Shown piece after piece: positions 1-11,700 of a stretch of 64,000 bases of DNA. How positions within the stretch are numbered: position 1 is the first letter of the stretch; every line of letters begins with the position of its first letter. Origin of the DNA: Catajapyx aquilonaris (taxonomy: Eukaryota); assembly GCA_000934665.2 (NCBI GenBank), contig KZ538541.1, positions 1 to 64,000 of the forward strand, written 5' to 3'. The notes under the pieces were generated by a model. The model did no database searches, was not told where the DNA came from, and saw nothing but the letters and a program-made list of their open reading frames with translations. The translations under genes and the position numbers were made by a program.

Positions 1-3000
1 GTTCAAGGTGACTACGTCGAAAAGTCGTAATAAAATTTTGACCATCAAACACGTCTTTCAACATCAGGCTCAGAACTTATTGGACGACCCTCGTATATGT
101 ATGTGAATTGTATTAGAGATTTTCCTTCATATGTATTCATAAAACGGGGCAGCATGTGAAATTGACTTCAAGGCGTGTATGCTGCGTATGAAAACTTTCA
201 GAACGGACATTGGTATGATTGTATATACACAATGCTTACAACCAGTGATTTTAATATTATTCATAAATTAAAACCACAGGGAGTGGGGCCTTGCTTGTAA
301 TCACATATATCCGAAGAAGACTGCAGATATTTTGTGCAATTGCTGGTTGCCTTGGGAATGATAGATCGTCGCGGACAATTAATTTGTGCTGAATAAGTTA
401 GTCTGGATGGTGACTATATATCCTTATAATGGATGAAAGAGTTCATGCAGTCAGCAATAAAAACAGCTGCCTTTTTTCATTTTTTGTGTGCAGTTGACCT
501 ATTAATTGCACAATTAAAGTTCAAATTCATCGACGCGACGGCTCCTTGCCCTGATGCTGGAAATCAAAATGCATTGCATATAGAGTGCATATGAACATAT
601 ACACTATACTTGATACATCGCTCGAATAAAAACCTACAAAGTCCCCTCGTTAAATGTACAGTAGAAGTTACTTTAGATTTTCATTGCCAGCATATTATAT
701 TATTAAACAATATATGCCATATATAGTGTACATTTTGAAAGGATTATTTAATGACAGGCTATTATACTGTGTTCTTCGCTTCGTCAAACATGGCCAGTGT
801 CACACAATGCAAGTTCTTGCGAAAATATCCGTATTTTATTAGAAATTCATCAACTGGCTGAATGTAACAATGTCATTGACCACGCGAGAATGTGTGAAAA
901 AAATACAATGCATTAAAGTGTTATACCGCAAAAAAATCTTATTGAGCAGCAGTTTCTCACCAGGGATGCTTTTCATTTGTTTGATTAAACCGTTATCAAT
1001 TTTCGTAACAATATTTTGAACACAATTCATCTCCCTATCTTCTGGTATAAGGAATAGGCTACATATTATATGAATTAAAAATAATCTGGTTATAATTACA
1101 CGCTGTTGTACTATGAAGTATATCACTGTATACGTATGCCTATAGGTGATTCTAAAGGCTTTCCGTCAATATCTCACACTGACAAGAAATCTTACCTTGT
1201 TGACTCAAATGTTGGCCATTTTGAGCATATATTCTGAGCTTAAAGTGTTAAGCACTTCCTCTCGGACTTGCCATATTTAAGCAAAGTTACCTTAGTTGGT
1301 TTAGGCTATTTTGTTTCAAATATGGATATAATACTGTAGAATGTTCATTTTTATTCTGCTAGACAAGGCCGTATACGACAGGGATTTGCCTATCTTGCAC
1401 GTCAGGCAGCCCAGCATGTACCACGGGTGTTTGGGGGGAGTGGAATAACCCACAAATGACCCCTATTACTCACTGTGCATGGCCAAACGAAAATTAACAT
1501 GTGATATCTTCGCATAATGAAGCAGAAATTGCCAAATTCAGTTAGGATAATTTCGTCTTGGAACAGAGCAAACAACCTAAGTCCGAGAGGACGATCTGTA
1601 TATATATTGGCCCTTGTCTCCACATGATGACACGATCTCTGCTTGGGCAGTCAGGTAAATATTTTGTGACAGTTTCTGATATTATATATACGGAAAGATG
1701 TTACTGAAGTATTTGCATTATGATGACCAGTATTCTGGTTCATTATGATTGTAATCACATTTCACATGTATAAGAATGGGGTGCGAGAGTTCGTAATGCG
1801 TGGACGGTGTACTATCGGCACATCTATTGCGGACACTTTCAGTGCATTTCTTATAAGTGTCCGTAATAATATTGTGCCAATGGTGCATTCGAAGTAATGA
1901 GATACACTTCATGCAGTGGAAACATTTTGCAAAATAGTTACTCCGCTATATTATGCTTAACTATGCTATGCATAAAATTGGCATAACCTACCCTTCATGT
2001 TTAAAATAGTTTAGACTGCTGAAAGTCAGAAATTAATCTGCTTTGCTGGGATGTGTCAAAATAACATCTTCTGACCAGAAAAAAAGGTATATCATGCGTG
2101 ATGTAATTATGGAAACGTGTCAAAATTCATGTACACCTGTATTTTGTTTTCAGTTATATGAATGCGAGCTACCCTGGGCGAATAACCATCAATCCAATAT
2201 TATAAACCAGCTATTTTCAGTCAGTTCCAGAAGCTGAGTAAAATTAGGAGATAAAAAATAGGCAACGCCCAACTTCTGGGATCCCAACCATAATCATCCC
2301 TGCAAGACATAATCAACCAACAGCAATCTGTTTCCACTCACAAAAAGTTGCCTTCATGTAGGTGCATTGTGAACATTTAAAAAAAACCTCCACATTTTCT
2401 GTAAGTTTCACACTGCATCACTGCTGTGCTTCCGAAAGGCAACCAACACGTATGAGCAACACGAATATACATATGAGGAAAAATGAATATACGCGCAGGT
2501 GTCATATGCCGTGCAAAGGCCTACAACAGAAACATGAAATGAGTAAAACATGAGAACTCCTGGAGAAGGAGGCACAAAAAATAACTAGTCAAACCGGATA
2601 AGCTATGTAGCTTATTATTTTTCTGTGGTGGCCTGATGGTCGCTTTGCATACAATTTGTCATTGAGTTTTTCCCCATTTTTCCACTGTCCGTCTGTATAC
2701 CCGTGAAGTCTGAGTGTAGCAATTGATGTCGTCTAAACACAACCCGCTTAATGTGCTCGTGGACACTTCCCCCTTTCTCCCACAAACTATTCATTTATCA
2801 CTCTCACGTCACACTCGCCTTCCCAAAAATTAAAACATTCCGAAGTCACGTTACCATGATGACAAGAATGGAAGGTGGAGGGAGGGGTGGGAGGCGGGGA
2901 GAAATAATAAACGGTATGCTTCACTGCCAGCCTTTCGTCTATTCAGATGTTGAGTGTCACTACACCCTGTTTATTTATCCTGTTTTTATGTTAGCAGCAT

Positions 3001-6000
3001 GCGATTGTTGTTATGTAAATGCGGAGTTACCTATGGCCACATGTGGTCATGTAACATTACTGTCAATTTGGAGCACTTTCCCTATATATAGTTTTCAGCT
3101 GACAATCCAAGCGTTACTTCACTATATGAGGTAACTATATTTATTGCCAGTACAACTTAAATTATGATGGAAGGAGATATCTTAACACACGCTAAATTTG
3201 ATCACAAATATTTCAAATGACATCACAGATAATGACCACATTTCTGATCTGTTCCAATCCCCATGCACCATTTTCATCGCAGGTATATATACAAGTGAGT
3301 CACCTGCATGATCGAAAATCAGTTCTGCACTATAGTGTAATGGCTATACTTGATAGCCTATATTTCGTTACAAAACTATGGCTATAATCACAATAATTGA
3401 AAGGATCTTATATGACATGAACAATACTAGATGAAGTTTTGCATCACTGCAGACTGTTTGCGCGATCAAATACTCAGCTACACTGAAATTCACTGGAATT
3501 GCTTCTCGTAAATATATAGCCCTTCCGTATGTTAGGCCAGTTATAAGTAGGACATGAGAGTAATAGAGTCCTGAATAATTCCGCTCATGACTTGAGAATA
3601 AGTGAGTGTTTTCATGCAGGAAAAATATTGCCCATGCCTTTCATCGCGTCACGGGAAAATGTCGATACAACAGCAGTGTAATTGCCCTCCGCCTCCGACA
3701 TTGCTTGCGATACTTAGAATGCTATCCATATTGCTTTCGTCTATATACACTCGTCTCGGAACTTACTAACAGTTGGCAGCTGGAAAAAGGACGGCCACTC
3801 TTTTATATTATGTTATATATTTTTATTTTTTATATAAACAATTTCGGATGGGTAAGAATCCATTACGCCCATAAGCCTATATTTGATGCAAGACATAAAC
3901 CGCAAATGTCATATGATGGCGGTCTATAAGCAGTGTACAGGTTGACAAGAAAATGCATTCATGGCAGTATGTACGAACTGGAACACGTAGCTGTCTCTTA
4001 TCTGACCAGTTGTCTAGTTAAGAAATAGAAGCTCGGCTCGGCTTCGGCTTGTTTAGATTAAGTCTAATGCTTGGTGATCAATAACCATGTCAGGGTTAGA
4101 AACCTCTTGCAACACACACAAAAACAGTCAGTGTCCATAAATACCGCAGGTTTCATCTTTACCTGACATAAATAACAAGTTCTTATATATAGGCATGGAC
4201 GATCAAATTATTCCGAGAAGAAAAATGTCTATTCCTTCGCCTAGATAAAAACTCCATATTGGCAACTTAATATGCAGGACAAAGTAGACATAGGCAAGAT
4301 AGAAATGTAGATAACTGTTGTACAAGTATACTGTGACATCGGTGTATCATATTATGTGGTTATAGGTAGTAAGTGTGCTTTCATAGGCTGTGACAGGTAT
4401 GACGCGCACCTTATCTCCGTTGGGAATCTCCAGGCAGTGGAATATTTCTGTGAGCAATGTAAGCAGGTTCTTTTTTTTGTATATATGCCTTGGAAATAAG
4501 GCGGGGGCGAAGTGGTTATATATACACCAGGTGTTGTATAACGTGGGATAATTTTACTCTGCTGCGTTATCGCGAGCCAGTAATTAGTTATGTCACTAAG
4601 TAACTGTCCCTAAAGCGTATAGGCCTGAATCACTTCATGTGCATTGGCCTGCAGTTTAACTCAATGTTGATACTGTGAGAATAATTACAACATGAAATTA
4701 ATGAAAATGTGATAATTACAACCATAAATATGAAAAATAAGGGTCAAAAAATGTGTATGCTATACAAACATATGTAAACTTATTACTGTATATAGTCAGC
4801 TGTGGCATACAACCGAGCCAATACGTTAGTTTCTTGTCAAGTTTGATATCACTATTTTGCAAATAAATATGGGGTTTTTACTAACCTTATAACAACAAAT
4901 TATTGTCACTTAAAATAAATACGACTAGTAATGCATTCATTCACACAGCTTATAATTTGCCTACACTACAGGTGCAATTCAGTGAAATCTTCACAGCTGA
5001 CATCGTAGAATTCGCATAATATGTCCCGAGTGGAACTAGATTCTGTGTGTTAGTGTTAATCATACACTATCTCTTCTGTAAAAATTGTCTTAGATACGGC
5101 GGAGTCACATAAATTATGATAATAACTATCCGTTCATATAAGAACCGTAATGAGTTGTACAGTATAATTATAGCCATACATTCACACACTTCAAAACGCT
5201 GTAAATTCCGATTGTTATATAATAAATGTAACTCGTAACAATTTGGAGGGATCGATTGAATCGCCTTTCCATTATGTGATGTTGTTAATAAATTTTTTAA
5301 ATATGTTGCATTATCATGTCTTAATTGCTCACGAGTTTCACGTCACCCGCAAAATTTAGCAACAACTAAAAAAATATGATCCATTTGTTATCCACATTCC
5401 CTAGAGCCCTGTCTAAGTCGTATAATCACATATTTCATAAATTTTTACAATGACATACATATGGCAGGCGTTAATAAATCTACGCTCGTTCCAACAGGTA
5501 CACATAACACGAGATAAATGACCTCGCACTAACGGTGTCCGGCAAATTAGAGAAATATAATCGCAACTTCGTGGAGTCGTGCGAATCATGTTGCAATCAT
5601 TTGTCCATTTCTTTTTCAAAACCGCGCAAGTTGATCCAACATAAACAGTACCGTTATGCTACAAGGCTAACAACTCGGCAATGCGCACTAAACCCGACTA
5701 ATTGCACCTTTACACGCCTACCTAATTAGGCCTATTGCTTCTCTCCTGTATAATAATTCTCTCTCCAGATGCAAATTCAATGCAGCGTAACTGACTGATA
5801 TTGAATCAAAAATTAAATGCTCACTAACATAATAATCATATAAGTTAATTTGCCGTTTTTATTAGCGTAAAGGATGGGTGTACAGGCGGGTAATTACAGT
5901 ATTAAAACCGATAATCAATTTCGCCGTTTTTTCACGTCTTCTATTTCCATTATCTTCGCGTAATCCACCTCCCATATCTTAATTTATTTCTATGAATTGC

Positions 6001-6391
6001 TAACCTCTTTTTGCTGGGTTTTACAGCTGCCAGCAGACGTTGGCCGCAACATAATTATAGACGCCTTTACCGCCTCGGAGCTATACTTAAGTTATATCTA
6101 GAAACAGGCAAACTTGTTTAGTCTCTATCCGGCACATGTCACAACGCTACGGGCCTAAAATGTCAGAGAAAATATATAGGCCCCAGAAGCGTGGACTGCA
6201 CATGACGAACGGGGAACCCCACATCAGCTGATGATGTCCAGCAGGTGCCAATTAGGCATTCACATTTACACCAGTACAATGCTTGGACAAAACGTAACCA
6301 GGGGACAGTTAGGACATCATCAGACCATATAACAGCGAAATAACGGGCCCGCACAAAAATCTACATGTTGAGCAATAGATAGGCGACTCAC
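1..6391 (-). other. Intron of the engrailed-family gene (5' part; continues beyond window start)
   Basis: Starts with GTGAGT at 6391. No EH3/homeobox (KRPRTAF...) coding sequence is visible in 1-6391. Confidence 0.85.
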
Positions 6392-6992
6392 CTGAACTGG
6401 GCCGATCAGAATATCGGGTGCAGTAGACCCAGGCCGGCCAGAGAAGGGGTTGCGGTAGGGTTGGGTTGGTGGCCTCCGGTGATGCCTTGGAGAGGTCAAC
6501 GGGCTGCCCTTGTTGCTGGTGCTGCCCTGGCTGCTGCCCCTGGCCCTGCTGCTGAGGAGGTGCTGTCGGCGCCGGAGCCGGCGAAGGAGGCGTCGAGCCA
6601 CACGACGACGGTTGCGGGTGCCCCCTGCCATTCTGATGCCCGTTGTGGTGGTGCTGGTGGTGCGTACCGGTACTGACCAAAGGTTGGGGCAGCACTATGG
6701 CCGGCGCCACCAAGGGCGCCTCAGCCGTAGACCCAAAGTCCGGCCTGAGGATATTCTCAATGGAGAACTTGAGTCCTCGAGTAGTCTGCTGTCCCGCCGC
6801 CGGTGACTCCCCCCGGTTCTTTTCATCCACGTCGTCCTCCTCGTCCACCACATCTTCATCTTCGTCGTCCTCGTCCTCCGAGGCGATCATGCTGTTGTCC
6901 TCTTCCTCCGGGAGCATACTTCCCGGCTGATGAGGCTCCACCGTCCCCGGCGACGACTCGCTTCCCACACTCAGCTCCTCTTCCTCGTCCAT
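6392..6992 (-). CDS. en: First coding exon of an engrailed-family homeobox transcription factor (invected-like); homeobox exon(s) outside the window
   Basis: Translation MDEEEELSVGSESSPG...GLKFSIENILRPDFG (EH1/Groucho-binding)...PLLWPAWVYCTRYSDRPSSG (EH2). Directly after SSG is the donor G|GTGAGT (6392|6391-6386), the conserved engrailed intron position. ATG at 6992 is the first in-frame ATG; the true start could be further upstream. The paralog identity (en vs inv) is uncertain. Confidence 0.95.
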
Positions 6993-7194
6993 ACCCGGTA
7001 TTACAATACCGAGGCAGTGTCCACACGGGTTCGGACGACGTTCACATTCTCCCGCTAGCCGGAAGTACAGGGTGGGTGCCGGGTGGCGGGTGGGTGGGTG
7101 GGTGGGAGGAGGGAGGGGGGAGGGAAGGGGGAGGAGGAACTCACATAATATCCCGAGGGAAGGAAGAGCCGCACGTCCGTCCGCGCCTGCTGCC

Positions 7195-7420
7195 TCCCCT
7201 TCCCTCTCTCTCCTTTTCCCTCTCTTTCTCCCTCTCTCTCTCTCTCTCTCCCACCCTGGCTGCCTCCCTCCGCCCGCCATCCCCCACTCTGACGTCACAA
7301 GTGGGCTGAGCCATCTGGGCGGAGTCAACCTCAGGCTCCACCCACTGGACCAATCAAATCGGCTGTTTCAAGGCGGGACCAGACTCGGTGCTTATCTCTC
7401 AATTACCGGCTTTGATTTGG
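7195..7420 (-). promoter_or_regulatory. Candidate proximal promoter of the engrailed-family gene
   Basis: GA/CT repeat tract 7200-7250 (GAGA-factor-like), GC box CCGCCC ~7270, perfect CRE palindrome TGACGTCA 7290-7297 and CCAAT 7350-7354, all 200-400 bp upstream of the ATG. Confidence 0.55.
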
Positions 7421-7523
7421 CGTGTTTCTACTCTCCTCCATCCCCTACCCCACACACATACTAGTCTCCCCCACCCCATTATGAAGGGCGGTTATGGTGG
7501 TGGTGGTGGGGGGGGGGGGGGGG

Positions 7524-7591
7524 NNNNNNNNNNNNNNNNNNNNNNNNNNNNNNNNNNNNNNNNNNNNNNNNNNNNNNNNNNNNNNNNNNNN
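7524..7591. other. Assembly gap (N run) flanked by poly-G/poly-A
   Basis: Run of n characters. Confidence 0.99.
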
Positions 7592-8635
7592 AAAAAAAAA
7601 TGGTGGGGGGTGAAGGGAGGGTTGGTAGGGGAAGGGGGAGAAGAAAGACAAAAAATGGTAAAAATGGGCTTTGTTGGGAGCAACTTTCGCGTGGATTTTC
7701 TTTGGAGGGTTGGAGTTTTTGGGAGGGGCTGGAGGGGGATAGGGGGTGCTGCTGACGGAAGAGATTGCGGGGGTGTTTGACCCCCTCTTGCCCCTTCCCC
7801 AATTCGTGCTTTGGAGTTTGGAAAGGCGAGTGAGGGACGGTCAAAAACGGGATAGGATTGTTAAGTGATCGGAAAAATATATTTTTCGGTTGGGGGGGCT
7901 TGCGTCTGCCATTAGGAACAACTGGAAATTATGCTTGGGGTCTGCCCTTGGACTTACAAAAAAATGACTGGACCAATCAGAAAAGGATTTTTTCCCCTGA
8001 TCTGGAAACAAAGGAACAAATATATAAACTGTGTGTACAGTTTATCATACAACATGACTCTATATTGCTATAGTCTATAATAGAAGGATAAAAGCCTATA
8101 CTATAACGGTTATTTGTATGTAACAGTATATAGCTGTATAAGATGTACAACTTTAAAATAGCATAATAATGTTATAGCTACAGTGTCTGCCGCATGATGC
8201 AACCAGATAATTATACAGTAATAGACTATAGAACGGCAGGTCTACAACTTCCTTACATGCTACCGGCAGTAACGGCACTTTCACCACGTGGTAGGATCGA
8301 ATTACTCGAACTATTGATGTAACATATATAGGGAACATTCGTATAGTCTCAGACTACAATATTCACCTCAAGAACAGTAAAGTGCTGGATAATCGGTATT
8401 CTATATAACTTACAATAACACAAATATCATAGCCAATTATGATTTAAGATTTGTTTTGTTTTAATAGTTATTTTTATTTTCTTTATTAATTTTAATAGAT
8501 CACACTCTACAGAGAGAGAAATAATGGGCGGAATTTTTTCCATCCCTCTTTTGATGGCACACTGCTGCCCCCTGTACACTGGCTCTTCCCTGGTGTTATA
8601 AAATTGATGAAGGGTAAGGAGGAGTAAACTGATTC

Positions 8636-8710
8636 GGTTTGGGGATCGAACCGCTCTGGCTGGGGATCGAACACTCATCCGTTGCGGTCACTTGGGCCTT
8701 CCCCGCTCTC
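8636..8710 (-). mobile_element. Degenerate tRNA-derived SINE head with duplicated B box
   Basis: GGGGATCGAAC occurs twice (reverse complement GTTCGATCCCC, a Pol III B box). The adjacent CATCCGT matches the ACGGATG of the SINE family A head. Confidence 0.35.
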
Positions 8711-11700
8711 TGCACCCTTATTCATCAAAAGTCTTTCCAGGATGATGACCTCTTCATCACTCTGGCTATATGGCAGCACCATTGTTATATCCCTGCCCTG
8801 CTACATGCTGCTGAACTATATATGAATCAGGGTGATGTTGCTGGATGGCTAATAAAGCGACCATGCCCTTGCAAAGTCTAAAGAGATGTTTCAATATGCC
8901 TGTGATCCCTGCGGAGAATTTATTCGAAGCTATCCCCTGAATGAGTGGCAATCCTGATGTGGTACGTGTGTCTGCAGTGTGCGCGCGCTCAGTTGGGTCG
9001 GAAGCCTGCCTATACTGGCTTATATCAGCTTATCATCAAACACAATAAGGTTGACAAATAAGGCTGCAAATGTTCAATCCGAGTTTTTTTACAATTATAC
9101 GTCACAGATTCAAGCTGACTACTAAGCTGTTTTAAGTTAAAGTTGCTATTAAAGAAATATAGATAAGTATGTAAAATGTATAACAACTTACCTCTGACCG
9201 CTTAATTTAACATTTTAAACCACTTATCTATGTATATGGCAGGCCTAAATGATTAAGTGTCTATACCTTAGGCTGCATGTTAATTTTATTTAGGCACCAG
9301 TTAAGTACTTACGTTACACCGTCATTACGAGCTAATTCGTTTTTAAAAAATTGTACCCTGATGCATGGGGAGGTATATAGCGTGAAACATGGTATATAAC
9401 ATGCCATGCCTATTTATTTAATCGTGACAACGTAATTATATTGCATTAAGGTGTAATGCATGTTTTACTGCATCATTATTTGCATATTATGAAAGTGAAG
9501 AGGAGAAAATGCAATCTGTGTGATTGAGACAGGCGGTTTTGACAACCGTATATATTGCTTGATGTTTGTTCCGGACACCTGGAATAAATCATCGCATGTA
9601 ACATGTCCACTGCTTCAAATTTTCTGCCTTCCACTTTGGAATAAGACAAACATGCTCTCCGCTGCTGCGGCCTCTCAATATTGAATATATAGTGAGAAGC
9701 GGTGGATTATGTCATGACTGACTCCTACACAAAGTGGGAGGGCATCGACTGTAATTAGCAAGTCAGTCTGACTTCATTTCTTTCTGTACCGGCTATTAAA
9801 ATTTCCATTTAAATAGCTAGACTAAATTATCTGCACGCATGCAGGTGGCCTAATAAGCTCACTGCAACCTATATTGTTACTCGTTATCGGCTGGCAACCC
9901 ATTATAAAAAAGAAGAAAAGGAGTAAATTACACTGCTAAGCCCTCGACAACATTCGCATTATGCAGAGTTGTTATGGTATATACTCTTATACTGCGGTAT
10001 ATACAAGGTGAGTCAGGAATCATTGCAAACAGTTGGATGTATTATATACGGTATTGTTTTTCTTATTGATTTTTACATTGAATTGAACCAGTGAATACAG
10101 GGATTGCAAATCAATAGCGGCGAAGATTTAATTGCGAATGAAACACTCCTATACAGTGAAATCAATATCATACATTAATCATACATAGGATGTTTATACA
10201 TATAACTGCCATTATTATTTTATATAGAGCAGAGGTTGAACTTGTGGTGTTATTGGTTTAACAATTTTGTTTAGTAATCTCGTAAGTTGTAAAGATTCTC
10301 TCAAAGTATTAAGTTTACATGTAGCTTAATCTTATACTATCACTCCTTGCATAAACCAGGCAGCAATTGGCTGTATAGGCTATAGTCTAATATGGTGTTA
10401 GACTCTTCCCTTTAAACACTGATGGCTACGGTTATAATATATAATATAGGATAAGAAAGCGGATTTCCCACATTTGTAAAACAGTTATCTATATAATTAA
10501 TATCCTTATCGATTTAAATCAATAGTGATATTCCAATACTTGTGAACTAATAAATTTAAGAGTATTTGTACTGAAGTTTCTGAAGGCGGTGCAGGCCGAT
10601 AGTTCAGTTTAGTTTCATTTCCTCCCAGATTATAGCAGTCAGGAGACGGAGAAAGTCACAAGGTATAAGTTTATTATGTGTCCAAGGAGGATTGATCTAT
10701 TTATATCAGTTAACCTAAAAACAAAATAGCATAACTTACATTATAAGTTTATAACCTCCATTAATCTTATTATTTTAAAATATCAATATTTCTGGGGTTA
10801 TGAATTAGGCATGGAGGAAGGCCACATATAGGGGAGAATAAAACTCTGTACAGCTGTATAATTATATAGTTACTGTAAAAATGTTTAGGACAGCCATATT
10901 CTGGCAATATGAAATCATTATATCATTTGTGTGCTTTTTCTTGTGGGTATTTTACTGACTTTGTGTTGGACGAGTGCCGATGGTTGTATCTCGCAAGGGT
11001 ATGCGCCTGAGGCCTGACCGAATTATTATTATCTTTGACAGAGACTATCCGGCCTATATATACTGTATACAGGGGTATGAAAACGGCCAGAACGTGGAGT
11101 GGACGACGCGCTGCGAATATACCTTATACGGCTAAACTGGTTACCTGCCCAGAAGTGTATAAACATTAGACGAGTAACATATCAACACTTTAAAAAGCTA
11201 GGCTAATTATCCGTCAAGCGTGTACTACATATAGGTTTTTGAATACTTTGTTCTTTATATACTGGGTAATACTAGCATAAATATAACTCCCGTTTATACT
11301 GTACTTGTCCTGTAATAGTCTAATGAACATGAATTTAGTAATTTTTTTATCTATAATCCAATACCGTACCATAATTCTCTGTACACCCTTTTGGTATATC
11401 ATTGCAACGTGCAGAAGTTAATAGTTTTACATGTAATAACAGAGAAGTAAATATCCTGCTGGTTAGACAACTCTCTTGTCACCTGGGTATTTTTAAAAAT
11501 CTAATCACCATGATATTTTAAAACTATTCACGCCATGAATATGATACTTTTACTGATGCCACCGCACGAATAATGATGTAATGGTGTCACCAAGCAGGGA
11601 AAAATGACGTCAGTAAAATATTTTGGTCGTGAAATATAGCTCAAGGAACTGCTGCCTTAGTTATTCACTTAAAGTGCCAAACTGACTCACCGCCCTGTGT

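Noticed and set aside
2958..2970. ag|GGTGTA|gt as the RS micro-exon
   Set aside because: It would encode Gly-Cys-Ser rather than Gly-Arg-Ser and has weak splice context.
6309..7328. 339-aa ORF as a complete protein
   Set aside because: It starts at a non-ATG codon and reads through the GTGAGT donor at 6391. Only ~6992-6392 is supported as coding.
6461..7464. Overlapping + strand ORFs over the engrailed exon
   Set aside because: Antisense shadows of GC-rich, low-complexity coding sequence with no recognisable motifs.
7592..8000. G-rich sequence right of the gap as a feature
   Set aside because: Adjacent to an N-gap and homopolymers, so it may be low-quality sequence. Not interpreted.
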